A stretch of 64,000 bases of DNA from Candidatus Kapaibacterium sp. (GTDB lineage Bacteria; Bacteroidota; Ignavibacteria; Kapaibacteriales; UBA2268), in assembly GCA_963665665.1 (NCBI GenBank), contig OY762428.1, forward strand, positions 704,001 to 768,000, given 5' to 3'. Shown in pieces: positions 47,274 through 58,893 of the stretch. Position numbers and translations under genes: made by a program. The notes beneath the pieces are model-generated. The model worked only from the letters and a program-made list of their open reading frames with translations, made no database searches and was not told the DNA's origin. Position 1 is the stretch's first letter. Each line of letters starts with the position of its first letter.

Positions 47274-49334
47274 TCAATTTTTTTGTATTTGAATTGCCCC
47301 CATCCCACTATCAGACCTGGCAACAAGGTAATAATTACCCGATGGAAGTATAGAAAGCAACTTATGTCCATTGAATTCATTCATTCCCGTGTTTAAATTC
47401 AAATCCTTCATAGATGAAATTTCCGCTCCGCTGTTATCGAAAATATAAATTGACACAAGCTCCTGTTTTGTCATCTCGATACTGATAGTTGATGACAAGC
47501 TTACAGGATTGGGTAATACCTCAATACTTTTTAAGGCACCGTATGGCTCAATCAGCCTGGGGCCGCCTTCCCGGCAAAAATCCTTAAGGTTAAACTTTCC
47601 GTTTTTTGAATTAATTACCCTGAAAAAGTCGGATTCAATCCTGATATTTTTTATTTGCAGGTCTGTAATCGTGTCGTTGCCAAGACCAACCTTGAAATCC
47701 AGAAGAGCAAATACATTTTCCGTTTCATTATGCGAAAACAATGAAAATGGCACTTTATAGCTTGATGTTCGAATATCATCCCGAACAGAATGCTTATCAG
47801 AATTCAAAGGGAAAAGCATGGAAAATTTGTATGAAATATCAAAACTGATACTGTCGGTTTCTTTCAGATTCAATTCAGGTACACTATTAAAATAAACCGG
47901 TATTTGAATTTCTGACGATTGCTCTGCTGAAGAACTTCCTACCGTAACCGACGAATAGGAACGTGAATCCATGATTTTCCACAGGAAAGAAGAATTTGTA
48001 CCGGAACTTATCTTGATACTATCACCAAAATCAGCATTTCCCGTAAAAGCACCTGTGGTATATATTTCCGTGGAGTAATCGCCATATTCGGTTTTCACAG
48101 AATATCCAATATCATTTAGCCCGGGAACCTGGTTATCGCCTCCTGCGTCCAAAATCCAACGAACATTTCCATTTGTAAGCATTTTTGCTAAAAAAATGTT
48201 ATTTTGTCCTACAGAATGAATTGTATCAGTTTCAAATGGAATTGTTCCGGAATATGTGCCTGTAACATATAGCGCATTTTTTTCATTACAATTTATGCTT
48301 GTGGGGATAGAATAAAAATCACTTCTAAATTTTTTTCCCCATTTAACCTTGCCGTTTTTATCAAGGCTTAATACAAATCCATCAGTATTTGTTGACAATA
48401 TATTGACGGTATCCCAATTAACAAAACCATAGAAATTTCCACAAATAAAGATATTTCCTTGATTATCAATATCTATGGCTTCGCTAAAAGCTAAAGATGT
48501 TACAGGGGCTGTAAGCCATTCTACATCTCCGTCCATAGAATATTTACAAACGAACGGGGTTTCATCCGGATTTGCCGGGGATAATATATATTCGTTAAAC
48601 CGTGTTTCTCTTTTCGTGTATCCGGTAATCACAATCTCCTGATCGAATATCTCAGCATCAGCAACTATATTTGTGTCAGGGCCGCCAACAGTTCTAACCC
48701 ATTCGGGAGACCATTTTTTATCGAACAGGACAAGCAATCCGTCTTCATTTTTTAAGTTAAAAACATCAAAATCCCCAATCCTGAAACTTTGCAAAAAACC
48801 GCCTATAATCAGGTATTTATTATTTTCAGTTTCAAGAACCTTCCGGCAAATTTCACTGCCGTAGCCACCATAATTTCTGGCAAATATCCATTCTCCGTTC
48901 GTTGAAATCCCCGCTATATACATATCCGAAGATCCGGCGGATTCGAGTGTAAAAGGGCCGAATTCTGCCGTTTGGAAGAAATGCCCCGAAATGATCAGAT
49001 TATTTTCTGAATTAAGCATTATATCCGACACCCCGTCGTTAAGTTCGGAACCACAGCTCTTAGCCCAAAGACATCTTCCTGATGAATCGAATTTTGCGAT
49101 GAAAACATCATAGTATTCATTGGATTCTAATGTGTTTCCGTCAAAATTTATTGTACCGGCAAAAACGCCTGTAATATAAATATTCCCATCGGCATCCTTT
49201 ACCAGGTCTATTCCATAGTCAAAAGTATTTCCCCGGCTTGCCTCGGCCCACACAGTAAATGGTCTTCTTTCGCCTGAATAAGAGCTTGCTGTTACGAACA
49301 GCAAGAAGAAAATATATATTATCAGATTTTTCAT
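47274..49334 (-). CDS. T9SS-secreted beta-propeller (SBBP-like) protein with cohesin-like domain
   Basis: Repeated D..GNIYITG.F, DVFIAKFD..G...WA; CREGGPRLI followed by PNP CTD. Confidence 0.8.
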   Translation of the reverse strand: MKNLIIYIFFLLFVTASSYSGERRPFTVWAEASRGNTFDYGIDLVKDADGNIYITGVFAGTINFDGNTLESNEYYDVFIAKFDSSGRCLWAKSCGSELNDGVSDIMLNSENNLIISGHFFQTAEFGPFTLESAGSSDMYIAGISTNGEWIFARNYGGYGSEICRKVLETENNKYLIIGGFLQSFRIGDFDVFNLKNEDGLLVLFDKKWSPEWVRTVGGPDTNIVADAEIFDQEIVITGYTKRETRFNEYILSPANPDETPFVCKYSMDGDVEWLTAPVTSLAFSEAIDIDNQGNIFICGNFYGFVNWDTVNILSTNTDGFVLSLDKNGKVKWGKKFRSDFYSIPTSINCNEKNALYVTGTYSGTIPFETDTIHSVGQNNIFLAKMLTNGNVRWILDAGGDNQVPGLNDIGYSVKTEYGDYSTEIYTTGAFTGNADFGDSIKISSGTNSSFLWKIMDSRSYSSVTVGSSSAEQSSEIQIPVYFNSVPELNLKETDSISFDISYKFSMLFPLNSDKHSVRDDIRTSSYKVPFSLFSHNETENVFALLDFKVGLGNDTITDLQIKNIRIESDFFRVINSKNGKFNLKDFCREGGPRLIEPYGALKSIEVLPNPVSLSSTISIEMTKQELVSIYIFDNSGAEISSMKDLNLNTGMNEFNGHKLLSILPSGNYYLVARSDSGMGAIQIQKN

Positions 49335-49339
49335 AATTT

Positions 49340-51274
49340 CTACGGATTAATTAATATTTCAACAGTTCTGCTGTAGATTCTTCCTTCGGGATATTTGTTG
49401 TCATATAATTGTTTTGTTTCACCATAAGAATTTACTTCTGCATTCCTGGCTCCGATTTTATCAATCAGGATTCTTGCTCTTGCTTCTGCACGAAGATTAT
49501 TTGTTTCTTCAAAACCGGTTTTGTCGGTATACGAGTTAACTACTATCTTGTCGCCTGGTTTGATACTGAGTTTTATCAGTTCGGCAATTCTGTCGTTCAG
49601 CTGGTTCAGGTTCAGACTTTCATAATCCGGAAAAAGCAGAAAATACCTGTCTGTTTTCTTCTCGCTGTATTCTACGGGTATTTTTACGGTATCAACCCGG
49701 CTGAACGAATTATAATTTTTATTGGGGTGAACATTATATATATAAACAAGCTCATCATCAATCATTTTAACGTTATTTTCTGCACCCGAAAAACTATATT
49801 CAATACTTTCCGGCATCCAGCCCTTTTTTTCAACAGAAGCTATTTCAATTCCTTTTTTAATCACAGACATTTGCCATGATTTAACCCCGTCAGGAAAATC
49901 AATATCCGGAACAAATTTTATCCCCGAGCTAATCAATTCGGAATCTTCATTTTCAACAAACAAAGGAGCCATCAGATCCCAGGAATCGGGTATGATCTCC
50001 ACCCTGTCCTTTTCTATTAATATAGCAGCATCTTCCATCTCTATAGCATTGCTGCTTTGTATATCAGAATCCATTGTTTTATTAACATTTACTGCGATTT
50101 TTATTCTGTCAGGTTCTATTTTCCAGTTTTTTACAAGATACAATTTTATGGATTCAGCTCTTTTCTGAGAAATTTCATCCGGATCAGAATATTTGTTCAG
50201 CACAGAAACCCCGGTTTTCAATCTAATCCCAACATCCGGATTTACCGTCATTCTTCTGCCAAGAATGTTCAGAACGTGATAATAAGTTTCCAGTGCTGAT
50301 TTTTCCGACAAATCCTCTTCGTAAAATTTTTGGGTTTCAGATTCCTCTAAAAGTTCATACCGCTCAGGAATTTCATAAGTATCAGGCTCAAAGAAAATAT
50401 AGTTTAGAATAGGTTTCATAGTAACTTTAAGATTTTTTCTAACCATAATACTATTTTGCGGATTACCAAGTGAATCATAAGCAAAATAGACTACTGAACC
50501 ATTCAAGTCAGTAAATTTTTTCAGGTAAGAATCAATAGTATATTTGGCTGAAACACCGAAAGATAATAAGTCACCGGTTAAGTCCTGATCGGAAAGATGG
50601 CTGCTCATTCCAAATTGATAAAAAATTTCCGGTGTAATAGTTAAATCCTTAGTTTTGGTTACAACAAAATCATAAGAAGCACCTAAAAGAAGATTTATAC
50701 CCAGGGCTTTTGAATTCGACACAGACCCTGAATACTCATTTCTCCTGACAGTTCCGGAAGTAAAGGTAGAAATATTTTGTGATTTCAGCATTTCATATTG
50801 ATCGAATTTCAATCCGGTCCGGTAACTCAATCCAATACCGGACATAATATTGGCACTTTTAAAAAACCTAAAACCGAGAAGATAATCAAAATCAACTGCA
50901 GAGGATTTTATTTCAAGGTAATGCCTGATAAAAGCTTCCTCGTATCTGTCATTATAAATAATTGTTACCGGCTCTTCATTGTTCAGTTCTGCATTGAAGG
51001 ACACAAAAGAAACCCGGAATTCTGAAAAGAAGCTTTTCGTCATCGGGTAATCAACAACAAATCCAAAGTCAAATCCTCCGCCATTTCCCTCTGAAAATAG
51101 CGGGCAGCAATTGGGGTAACGGCCAATTTTCCTAATATCAGTTTGCACCGAAGATGAAATTTTACCGGCATTTATACCCGCTCTGAAGCCATAAAAATTC
51201 TCTTCGCCGGCATAAGTAGCATTGGCAGGAAATATTAATAAAATAACTAATATGTAATATTTATAAAATTTCAA
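49340..51274 (-). CDS. Outer-membrane beta-barrel protein with OmpA-like C-terminal domain
   Basis: Signal peptide, amphipathic beta strands, PILNYIFF, YTDKTG...N..RA...EGRIYSRTVEI. Confidence 0.7.
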   Translation of the reverse strand: MKFYKYYILVILLIFPANATYAGEENFYGFRAGINAGKISSSVQTDIRKIGRYPNCCPLFSEGNGGGFDFGFVVDYPMTKSFFSEFRVSFVSFNAELNNEEPVTIIYNDRYEEAFIRHYLEIKSSAVDFDYLLGFRFFKSANIMSGIGLSYRTGLKFDQYEMLKSQNISTFTSGTVRRNEYSGSVSNSKALGINLLLGASYDFVVTKTKDLTITPEIFYQFGMSSHLSDQDLTGDLLSFGVSAKYTIDSYLKKFTDLNGSVVYFAYDSLGNPQNSIMVRKNLKVTMKPILNYIFFEPDTYEIPERYELLEESETQKFYEEDLSEKSALETYYHVLNILGRRMTVNPDVGIRLKTGVSVLNKYSDPDEISQKRAESIKLYLVKNWKIEPDRIKIAVNVNKTMDSDIQSSNAIEMEDAAILIEKDRVEIIPDSWDLMAPLFVENEDSELISSGIKFVPDIDFPDGVKSWQMSVIKKGIEIASVEKKGWMPESIEYSFSGAENNVKMIDDELVYIYNVHPNKNYNSFSRVDTVKIPVEYSEKKTDRYFLLFPDYESLNLNQLNDRIAELIKLSIKPGDKIVVNSYTDKTGFEETNNLRAEARARILIDKIGARNAEVNSYGETKQLYDNKYPEGRIYSRTVEILINP

Positions 51275-51275
51275 A

Positions 51276-54020
51276 TTATTTTGCCTGATTTTTAAAATTT
51301 TCGAGTTTAATAATTATCGATTTGAAATCTTCAAGCTGACCTTTAATTTTCTGACGGTTAAAACTCTCAACAAATTTTGTAAGATCCTTAGAATATTTTA
51401 ATATGATACTATTATCAAATTCCGAACCAAGTTCTTTCAGCTCTGTTGCAAATTTTGAAATAGCACCAATCTTTAAGCCCTTGGCCAAAGAATCCGCCTG
51501 TGCCAGAAAATCATTTTCCAGCTTTGAAAGGATCATATCAATGTTCTCAAAACTTTTCCCCGAAATATTTGATTCGTCATAGATCTCGGAACCCGAACCG
51601 GGCATCTTTTCAGATTCTTTAATCTCGTGGCTGATAAATTTCCCAATTTCCTTAAGTAATACTTTTTTTGTTGTCGGCTTTTGTACATATCCGTCAAATC
51701 CTGTTTCTTCAATTTTTTTCTTATCCTGCTTCATCGCCGAAGCGGTTAGTGCTATTACAGGAATAGCGAAGGTTTTTTTGCCTGATTTTATATTTTCTGT
51801 TGCTTCAAATCCATCCATCACAGGCATTCTTAAATCCATAAGGATAATATCCGGGGTGTGTATTCTTGCCAGTTGCAGGCCTTCCTCGCCGTTAACAGCT
51901 TCTATCACTTTAAGATTTGTTTCATCAAGGTATTCTTGAATAAGTTGCCTGTTATGATCAATATCATCAACAAGAAGAACTGTTCCCGAATTAAAAATTA
52001 TTTGTAAATCATCATCAATTTCAGATAAAATATTTTCAGGGTCTTTGCTGGAAATTTTTACATTTGGAATAACAATCGAAAATATACTACCAACATTCGG
52101 CTCACTTTCAAGTTCAATCCGACCTTCCATCATTTCAGTCAGCCTTTTAGTGATAGCCAACCCAAGCCCTGTACCGCCAAATGCTTTTGAGCTTTGTCCG
52201 GGGCGTTGCCGGAATGATTCGAATATTATCTCCTTATCGTCCTTCGGAATACCAATACCCGTATCTTCAACAGCAAATGTTATGGTACAGGTTTTATCTG
52301 CTATATCACTAACCAGACATTTAATTGTAACCTTCCCCTGTTCAGTAAACTTCAGGGCATTCCCAACCAGGTTAATTAGTATCTGCCTTATTCTGATTTC
52401 ATCAAGTATAAGAGATTTGGGAGTATTTTTATCAACATCAATAAGAAGTTCAATATTCTTCTGTTCAAATTTGAACCTGAAAATAGTTCTAATTTCTTTT
52501 ACCAATTCATTAACATCAATCGGGCTGAATTCAAGCTCCATTCTGCCAGCTTCAATTTTGGAAAGGTCCAGGAGATCGTTTATCAGGGTCAGCAGATTGT
52601 TTCCGCTGCTCACAATAGCATCAAGATAATTTTGGTTTTTACTACCGGATATCCTTTTCCTAAGCAGCTCACTAAATCCAAGAATCGCATTCATAGGAGT
52701 TCTGATTTCATGCGACATATTAGCAAGGAACTCGCTCTTGAACTGATTCGCTTTTTCGGCAGATTCTTTTGCCTTAACCAGGTTTTCCCTGGATTCCTTC
52801 AGCATAATATTGGTGTGCCGAAGTTCCTCGTTTTTATCCTCAAGGAATTGTGTATGCTTCTTCTTTAATCTGTTTCTGTAAGAAATAAATGTAACTATTA
52901 CAATAATAACAAGAATACTGACACCAACTATGATATATAACATCATTTCCTGTTTGCCTTTTTCTATCTCCAGCTGCTGAGCTTTTTTTTCTGCTCGGAG
53001 CTTCTTATTTTCCTGTTCTTTTTTCTCCCTTAGTAATTGTTCAAGTTCTTTTTGTTTTGTCAGATTTTGAATTTCCTGTTCTTTTTTTTCCCTGAGCAAT
53101 TGTTCAAGCTTTTTTTGTTTTCTAAGTATTTGATTTTCCTGTTCTTTTTTCTCCCTGGATAATTGTTCAAGTTCTTTTTGTTTTGTCAGATTTTGAATTT
53201 CTTTTTCTTTTTCCAGGCTGTCAATTTTTTTCTTATTGATTCTTTTTTCCTCTTCTCTTTTATTTTCCTCCATCTTATTAATTGAATATTCTTTATGTTC
53301 AATATAAATACTCAGCCATCTGGCATTATTCAGGTTTTTCTTCAGAATATTCAGCAAATCAGTATAAAAAATACTTTGCTCATTATCAAGGCGTTTACGG
53401 GAATTCAGAATAATCTTGTTCAGAGTATTGCTTATACCTTCTTTATCTCCCTTTTCCTCATAAATTTTCAGAGCCTGTTCTAAGTATCCAAAAGCAGAGT
53501 TAAACCTGCTGGAACGACTGTTAATATCTGCCAGTATCAACTGCGATTTTAATATACCGTCCTTATCATTCAATATTTTATAATAATCCAGAGCTTTAAA
53601 AAAATTTACTTCTGCCCTGCCCATTTCCCTTTTCGAATTATATATCCTGCCGGCTTCGAAAAGAGACTTTGCAGCTCCGTTCCTGTCCCCGCAGAGAATG
53701 AAAATCGAATCAGCTTTGATAAACTCTTCTAAGGCTTCGTCAGGCCTGCTCATTGTCAGAAAATATTTTGCATTCAGATAAGTATATTCTGCTATTCCGG
53801 TACAGTATTCCAGTTCCAAGGCAAGTTCTTTTGCCTGGTTTAAATATAACTCGGTATTCTCACCCTCTTCATTTATTGATTGGGAAACAAGTTGAAGAAA
53901 TATATCTACTTTCGGCCTTCCCTCAATCTCTTCAAGAACTTTCAAAAGTTCATTTTCATCCGCCCGAAGTTCCGGTAACAGAATCAATACAAATAATAAT
54001 ATATATGCTACTGATCTCAA
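51276..54020 (-). CDS. TPR-containing hybrid sensor histidine kinase
   Basis: Signal peptide, TPR-like helices, 21-aa coiled-coil repeats, [12 protein letters not shown], HATPase, REC. Confidence 0.9.
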   Translation of the reverse strand: MRSVAYILLFVLILLPELRADENELLKVLEEIEGRPKVDIFLQLVSQSINEEGENTELYLNQAKELALELEYCTGIAEYTYLNAKYFLTMSRPDEALEEFIKADSIFILCGDRNGAAKSLFEAGRIYNSKREMGRAEVNFFKALDYYKILNDKDGILKSQLILADINSRSSRFNSAFGYLEQALKIYEEKGDKEGISNTLNKIILNSRKRLDNEQSIFYTDLLNILKKNLNNARWLSIYIEHKEYSINKMEENKREEEKRINKKKIDSLEKEKEIQNLTKQKELEQLSREKKEQENQILRKQKKLEQLLREKKEQEIQNLTKQKELEQLLREKKEQENKKLRAEKKAQQLEIEKGKQEMMLYIIVGVSILVIIVIVTFISYRNRLKKKHTQFLEDKNEELRHTNIMLKESRENLVKAKESAEKANQFKSEFLANMSHEIRTPMNAILGFSELLRKRISGSKNQNYLDAIVSSGNNLLTLINDLLDLSKIEAGRMELEFSPIDVNELVKEIRTIFRFKFEQKNIELLIDVDKNTPKSLILDEIRIRQILINLVGNALKFTEQGKVTIKCLVSDIADKTCTITFAVEDTGIGIPKDDKEIIFESFRQRPGQSSKAFGGTGLGLAITKRLTEMMEGRIELESEPNVGSIFSIVIPNVKISSKDPENILSEIDDDLQIIFNSGTVLLVDDIDHNRQLIQEYLDETNLKVIEAVNGEEGLQLARIHTPDIILMDLRMPVMDGFEATENIKSGKKTFAIPVIALTASAMKQDKKKIEETGFDGYVQKPTTKKVLLKEIGKFISHEIKESEKMPGSGSEIYDESNISGKSFENIDMILSKLENDFLAQADSLAKGLKIGAISKFATELKELGSEFDNSIILKYSKDLTKFVESFNRQKIKGQLEDFKSIIIKLENFKNQAK

Positions 54021-54021
54021 T

Positions 54022-55182
54022 TTAGGACCATATTTTCAATATTGTAAAATCATCATCTAAGTTTTCCTTACCACCAATTTTAATTAGCAGATCATATAAC
54101 GATTTCAGATTGTTCTCGTTTTGGGCATTGTAGTCTTCCAGCCATTTTTTAAGTTCATCAATACCCCATAGCTTGTTATCAGAAATTTCAACTTCGAAAG
54201 CACCGTCAGAAAATATATACAGGCTGAAATTCTCAGACAGTTCGATATTGTCGGACTTAAACTTGTGCCCTCGAATACCTCCGATAAGAGGGTTGGCTGT
54301 TGATAATTCAATCTTTTCACCTGAATTGAATAAAATGGCAGGATGATGGCCACCCGATGCATATACAAGTTTATTGGTTTTCTGGTTTATTACTCCGTAC
54401 CAGATTGTAAAAAACAAAAAATTATTCCTGCTGATGTCATAAACATTATTCAAAGCGGTCAGAACCTGGTCGGGGTTCTTAAAATCAACATCGGGCAATG
54501 TTTGAAATTTTATGGTATTTAACACAGACACCGAATGTAGTGCCGGCCCGATACCATGTCCGGAAACATCAATAAGATATATGGCCAGGTGGTTCTCATC
54601 AATATTATGATATCCGAAAGTATCCCCGGAAAGCTGGCCCGATGGCACAAAATGCCAGTCTGCATTTAATCCCTTTGTGCGCAACCCCTCTGGAAATAAG
54701 GAACGAACATGCTGTGAAGCAACCAGGAGGTCTTCTTCAAGCTTAGCATAAGCTTTATCAAGTTCCTTAGATTTTTTTAAAATTACCTCGCGGGAGAATT
54801 TTAATTCCAAATGAGTGTGTATCCTGGCCATGAGTTCTTCTTTTTGGAAAGGTTTGGTGATATAATCAACCCCTCCGATCGTCAGGCCCTCTACAATATC
54901 TTCCGTTTCCGTTTTTGCTGTAAGGAAAATCACCGGTATATTCTTTGTTCTGTCATCTTTTTTCAATTCCTCGCAAACTTCAAAGCCATTCATCTTTGGC
55001 ATCATTATATCCAGAAGAATTAAATCGGGAAGTTCTTCTGTTTTCAGAATATCCAGGGCTTCCCGTCCATTGTTGGCCATTGAAACTTCAAAACCTTCGT
55101 CGATCAGGTTGTTACCAAGAACCTGTAAATTTTCCAGAAGATCATCTACTATAAATATATATGGCTGCTTATTCTCAATCAT
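54022..55182 (-). CDS. Response regulator with PP2C/SpoIIE phosphatase output
   Basis: REC (DIMMP); GDTF, DVSGHG, SDG and DDFT motifs. Confidence 0.9.
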   Translation of the reverse strand: MIENKQPYIFIVDDLLENLQVLGNNLIDEGFEVSMANNGREALDILKTEELPDLILLDIMMPKMNGFEVCEELKKDDRTKNIPVIFLTAKTETEDIVEGLTIGGVDYITKPFQKEELMARIHTHLELKFSREVILKKSKELDKAYAKLEEDLLVASQHVRSLFPEGLRTKGLNADWHFVPSGQLSGDTFGYHNIDENHLAIYLIDVSGHGIGPALHSVSVLNTIKFQTLPDVDFKNPDQVLTALNNVYDISRNNFLFFTIWYGVINQKTNKLVYASGGHHPAILFNSGEKIELSTANPLIGGIRGHKFKSDNIELSENFSLYIFSDGAFEVEISDNKLWGIDELKKWLEDYNAQNENNLKSLYDLLIKIGGKENLDDDFTILKIWS

Positions 55183-55428
55183 TTTTGTTTAAATCTATTC
55201 GTAAAACTAAAGAATATAAGTTAGCAAAAACTACATCTCTTGCCAATTATTTTTATTAAAAAATCAAAAGAATTAGTCATTTTTTAATCTATATTGATAA
55301 ATAATGTTTTTGATATAAAATTTTATTAAGTATTTTACTTTTATAATTGTTTTTATTTGAAAAAAAAATAACAAACAATTCTGCGATTTTTACGTTAATA
55401 GATTTATCAGTGAATAAATTTGGGTAAT

Positions 55429-57669
55429 ATGATCGACAAACTAAAAAATTTCAGAGATGATATTGCAATGGATTTCAGAAAATCTCTTGCTAAACTGACC
55501 ATTTTATTCATTTTTATGAATTCCATATATATTCTTATGGATATTTATTTGCTTGAGCATAATCTGAAAACAATAATTATCATTAGAATATTTACCAACC
55601 TGATCATTTTCGGGCTTTATATTTTATCAAAAGTAAACAGTAAAGTCTTCAATGATTTATACCCCCACTTATATCCATTGACAGGTACATTTTTAACAGG
55701 ATTAATAACATATTTTTCACTATCCACCCACGAATATTTCACGGAATATTTTCTTGGAACTATTATTGTGTTCTTTGTATTAGCCCTGTTTATTCCATTA
55801 ACGAGGCCGCAAAGTATTCAAGCATTTTTAATAAATTATTTTGCTTTTGTAATCGCTGTTATGGCCTATTTTTATCCGCATATCAACAACGAATATTTGC
55901 TGACAATGGCATATCTTGCTTTCTTTGGCTTAACTGCATTTTTTGCATCCCAACTTCTTTATCAATACAGAATTAATGATTATCAAAGAAGAATAAAAAT
56001 GACGGAGCAAAATGAAGAGATCAAGGCAAAAAACAAACAAATAAACGAGTCCTTGAAACAATTGAAAGAAAAGGAAACCTTCCTGAATACGGTTATTGAA
56101 AATATTCCGACTCTAATATATGTTAAGGATGCAGATAATTTAAGGTATATACGTTTTAATAAAGCCGGTGAAGAATTACTTGGAATGTCCAGGTATGATA
56201 TTATCGGATCAAATGATTATGAAATATTCGATCATAACTTTGCTGATTTTCATCATAGCATTGATAAAGCTGTTCTGAAAAATCAATCACTTATAAATGT
56301 TCCCGAAGAAGTTATAAACACCAAAAGAGGTGAAACAAAATATATTCATACAATGAAATTACCAATTTCGGACGGCCACGGTATTCCAAAATTTATACTC
56401 GGAATATCTGTTGACATTACTGAACAAAAGCAATACGAACACGCACTACAGGAAAGCGAAGAAAAATATAAAAGCCTGATAAACAATGCTCTTGAAGGCA
56501 TTATTGTTATCCAGAGGGAACGAATTGTATTCCATAACCCTGTTACTGAATCGATTCTTGGCTTCAGCAGCCGCTATCTGATGGGATTCAAGTTTTATTT
56601 GAACGTTCATGCCGATGACATCAGCAGGGTCCGAAAAATTGTCAGGGAAAAAATGCAAGGAGAAAAATCAGAAGAGAACTTCATTTTCAGAATTCATACT
56701 AAATCCGGTAAAACAAGATGGATTGAAGCGAAATCAGTGCTGATTGAATGGAGTGGCAAACCTGCTATACTTTCTCTTTTCAATGATATCACCGAAAGAA
56801 AAAGTTCCGAGGAAGAAATTGCGATGCTCGTTGAAAAACTTAAAAACCAGAAGGAAACTCTTGAGGATGTTGCTAAAGAAATGCTCGACCTGAATAAAAA
56901 GCTCAGGCGGTCAGAAAAACAGTTGAAAGCTATTAATGCTGATAAAGATAAATTCTTCTCGATTATTGCTCACGATTTAAAAAATCCGATTGGCTCCTTT
57001 TTAACCGGAACAGAGCTGATGGTAGACAAGTTCAGCATGATGGAGCCACAAAGGCAAAAAAAATTCATGCTATCCATGAAGGACTCTGCAAGAAATCTGT
57101 ACAGCCTTCTGGAAAACCTGCTGGCATGGTCACGCAGCCAAAGAGGAATGATTGCATTTACACCTGTTGAATATAATTTTACAGTAACTGTAAACAGGAT
57201 TTTTTCGCTGGTAAACCAATTAGCTGCAAACAAGAATATTTCTCTGGAGTCCAATATTAAAGAAAACACCATGCTGGTAGCTGATAAAGATATGATATTT
57301 ACTGTTCTTAGAAATTTAGTTACCAACTCGATTAAATTTACCCCTGTTGGTGGAAAAATAGAGTTAAATATCGAGCAGGCAAATGGAATGTCGACCATAA
57401 CTGTAGCAGACAATGGTGTTGGTATATCAGAAGAAAACAAGACAAAACTTTTTAAAATTGACGAATCAATTAAATCAAAGGGAACCGCAAACGAAACGGG
57501 TACCGGATTAGGATTGATACTCTGTAAAGAATTCATCGAAAAGCATAATGGAAATATTTGGGTTGACAGCAAAATCAACCAGGGATCTGTTTTCACGGTT
57601 CAGATACCAAAGATCCAACCCGTCAAACTCAATGAAAAAGAAGAACCCAGCGTGAAAATCTGGAAATGA
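55429..57669 (+). CDS. Membrane PAS sensor histidine kinase
   Basis: Several N-terminal TM helices, two PAS domains, IAHDLKNP, NSIKFT, GTGLGL. Confidence 0.9.
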   Translation: MIDKLKNFRDDIAMDFRKSLAKLTILFIFMNSIYILMDIYLLEHNLKTIIIIRIFTNLIIFGLYILSKVNSKVFNDLYPHLYPLTGTFLTGLITYFSLSTHEYFTEYFLGTIIVFFVLALFIPLTRPQSIQAFLINYFAFVIAVMAYFYPHINNEYLLTMAYLAFFGLTAFFASQLLYQYRINDYQRRIKMTEQNEEIKAKNKQINESLKQLKEKETFLNTVIENIPTLIYVKDADNLRYIRFNKAGEELLGMSRYDIIGSNDYEIFDHNFADFHHSIDKAVLKNQSLINVPEEVINTKRGETKYIHTMKLPISDGHGIPKFILGISVDITEQKQYEHALQESEEKYKSLINNALEGIIVIQRERIVFHNPVTESILGFSSRYLMGFKFYLNVHADDISRVRKIVREKMQGEKSEENFIFRIHTKSGKTRWIEAKSVLIEWSGKPAILSLFNDITERKSSEEEIAMLVEKLKNQKETLEDVAKEMLDLNKKLRRSEKQLKAINADKDKFFSIIAHDLKNPIGSFLTGTELMVDKFSMMEPQRQKKFMLSMKDSARNLYSLLENLLAWSRSQRGMIAFTPVEYNFTVTVNRIFSLVNQLAANKNISLESNIKENTMLVADKDMIFTVLRNLVTNSIKFTPVGGKIELNIEQANGMSTITVADNGVGISEENKTKLFKIDESIKSKGTANETGTGLGLILCKEFIEKHNGNIWVDSKINQGSVFTVQIPKIQPVKLNEKEEPSVKIWK

Positions 57670-58893
57670 TCAATATTTATATTTATTAAGACGGAATTTG
57701 AATGTAGACCCAATACCGGATTCTGATTCAACTTCAATTTCGTGGCCGTGTTTTTTCAGGTATTCGTAGCACAAAATCAACCCAAGGCCGGAACCTTTTT
57801 CTCCTGATTTGCCTATTGAATTGGGGTTTATTTCAATTTTAAATAATTTTTCAATATCTTCCTTACTTATACCTATTCCGGTATCTTTAATTTCGAAAAC
57901 AAAATGGGTATCTGATTCAGTTAATTTAATATCAATTTTTCCGTGTTCAATATTAAAATTAATGGCATTTGAAATTAGATTTCTTAAAACATTGTTTATT
58001 TGAATTTTATCGAAATAAGCATTAGCCTGCTCCGGTAAATTTGTATTTATTGTAATATTCTTTTTCTCAGCAGCAAATCTCATCAATTTGATATTTTTAT
58101 CGATAATTGGCAGCAAATCATTAATCATCATTTCTAATTCTATTGAATCAGACTGGATTTTTGACCATTGCAGCAAATTTTCGAGCAGTTCAAAAACTTT
58201 ACCGGCCGATATATCCATATTAATAACCATGTTCTTTACTTCTTCGGCTGATAGTTTGTCGTAATACAATGTTAATAATTCAATAAGGCTTTTCAATCCT
58301 GAAAGAGGGCTTCTAAGCCCATGAGCAATTATTGACAGGAAATGGTCCTTATCTTCGTTTGATTTTTTTAATTTCAATTCTGATTCGGCTAATTTTTCGT
58401 TAAGTGATATTATTCGTCGCGAATCATTAACTATCTTTTCCTGAAATCTGGTCAGGTTTTCGTTCTGCTCCTTAATCTGATCTCTTGAAAATTTCAATTC
58501 AAGGTGGGTAAATATTCTTGCAATTAATTCTTCTGTTTCAAATGGTTTGGTAATATAATCCACTCCTCCCGATTTAAAGCCTTCAACAATATCTTCAGTA
58601 TCAGACCTGGCAGTAATGAATATAATCGGAATATCAGATAATCCGGGGGTTTCCTTCACAACTCTGGCACATTCAAATCCATTCATTTCAGGCATATTAA
58701 TATCCAGCAGGATAAGATCGGGGTGTATAGCTTCGGCAGATTTAATTGCTTGAAATCCATCCAAAGCAAACGCAAATTTAAGATGATTGTCGCGAATAAC
58801 ATTTCCCAATACCTGCAGATTCTCCGGAATATCATCTACAATTAATATTTGCACATTTTTCAAAAATTCCTCGAAGTCTTTAATCTTCTTCAT
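57670..58893 (-). CDS. REC-histidine kinase hybrid
   Basis: N-terminal REC, IAHGLRSP H-box, HATPase; likely start MKKIKDF at 58893, overlapping the upstream gene's stop. Confidence 0.88.
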   Translation of the reverse strand: MKKIKDFEEFLKNVQILIVDDIPENLQVLGNVIRDNHLKFAFALDGFQAIKSAEAIHPDLILLDINMPEMNGFECARVVKETPGLSDIPIIFITARSDTEDIVEGFKSGGVDYITKPFETEELIARIFTHLELKFSRDQIKEQNENLTRFQEKIVNDSRRIISLNEKLAESELKLKKSNEDKDHFLSIIAHGLRSPLSGLKSLIELLTLYYDKLSAEEVKNMVINMDISAGKVFELLENLLQWSKIQSDSIELEMMINDLLPIIDKNIKLMRFAAEKKNITINTNLPEQANAYFDKIQINNVLRNLISNAINFNIEHGKIDIKLTESDTHFVFEIKDTGIGISKEDIEKLFKIEINPNSIGKSGEKGSGLGLILCYEYLKKHGHEIEVESESGIGSTFKFRLNKYKY

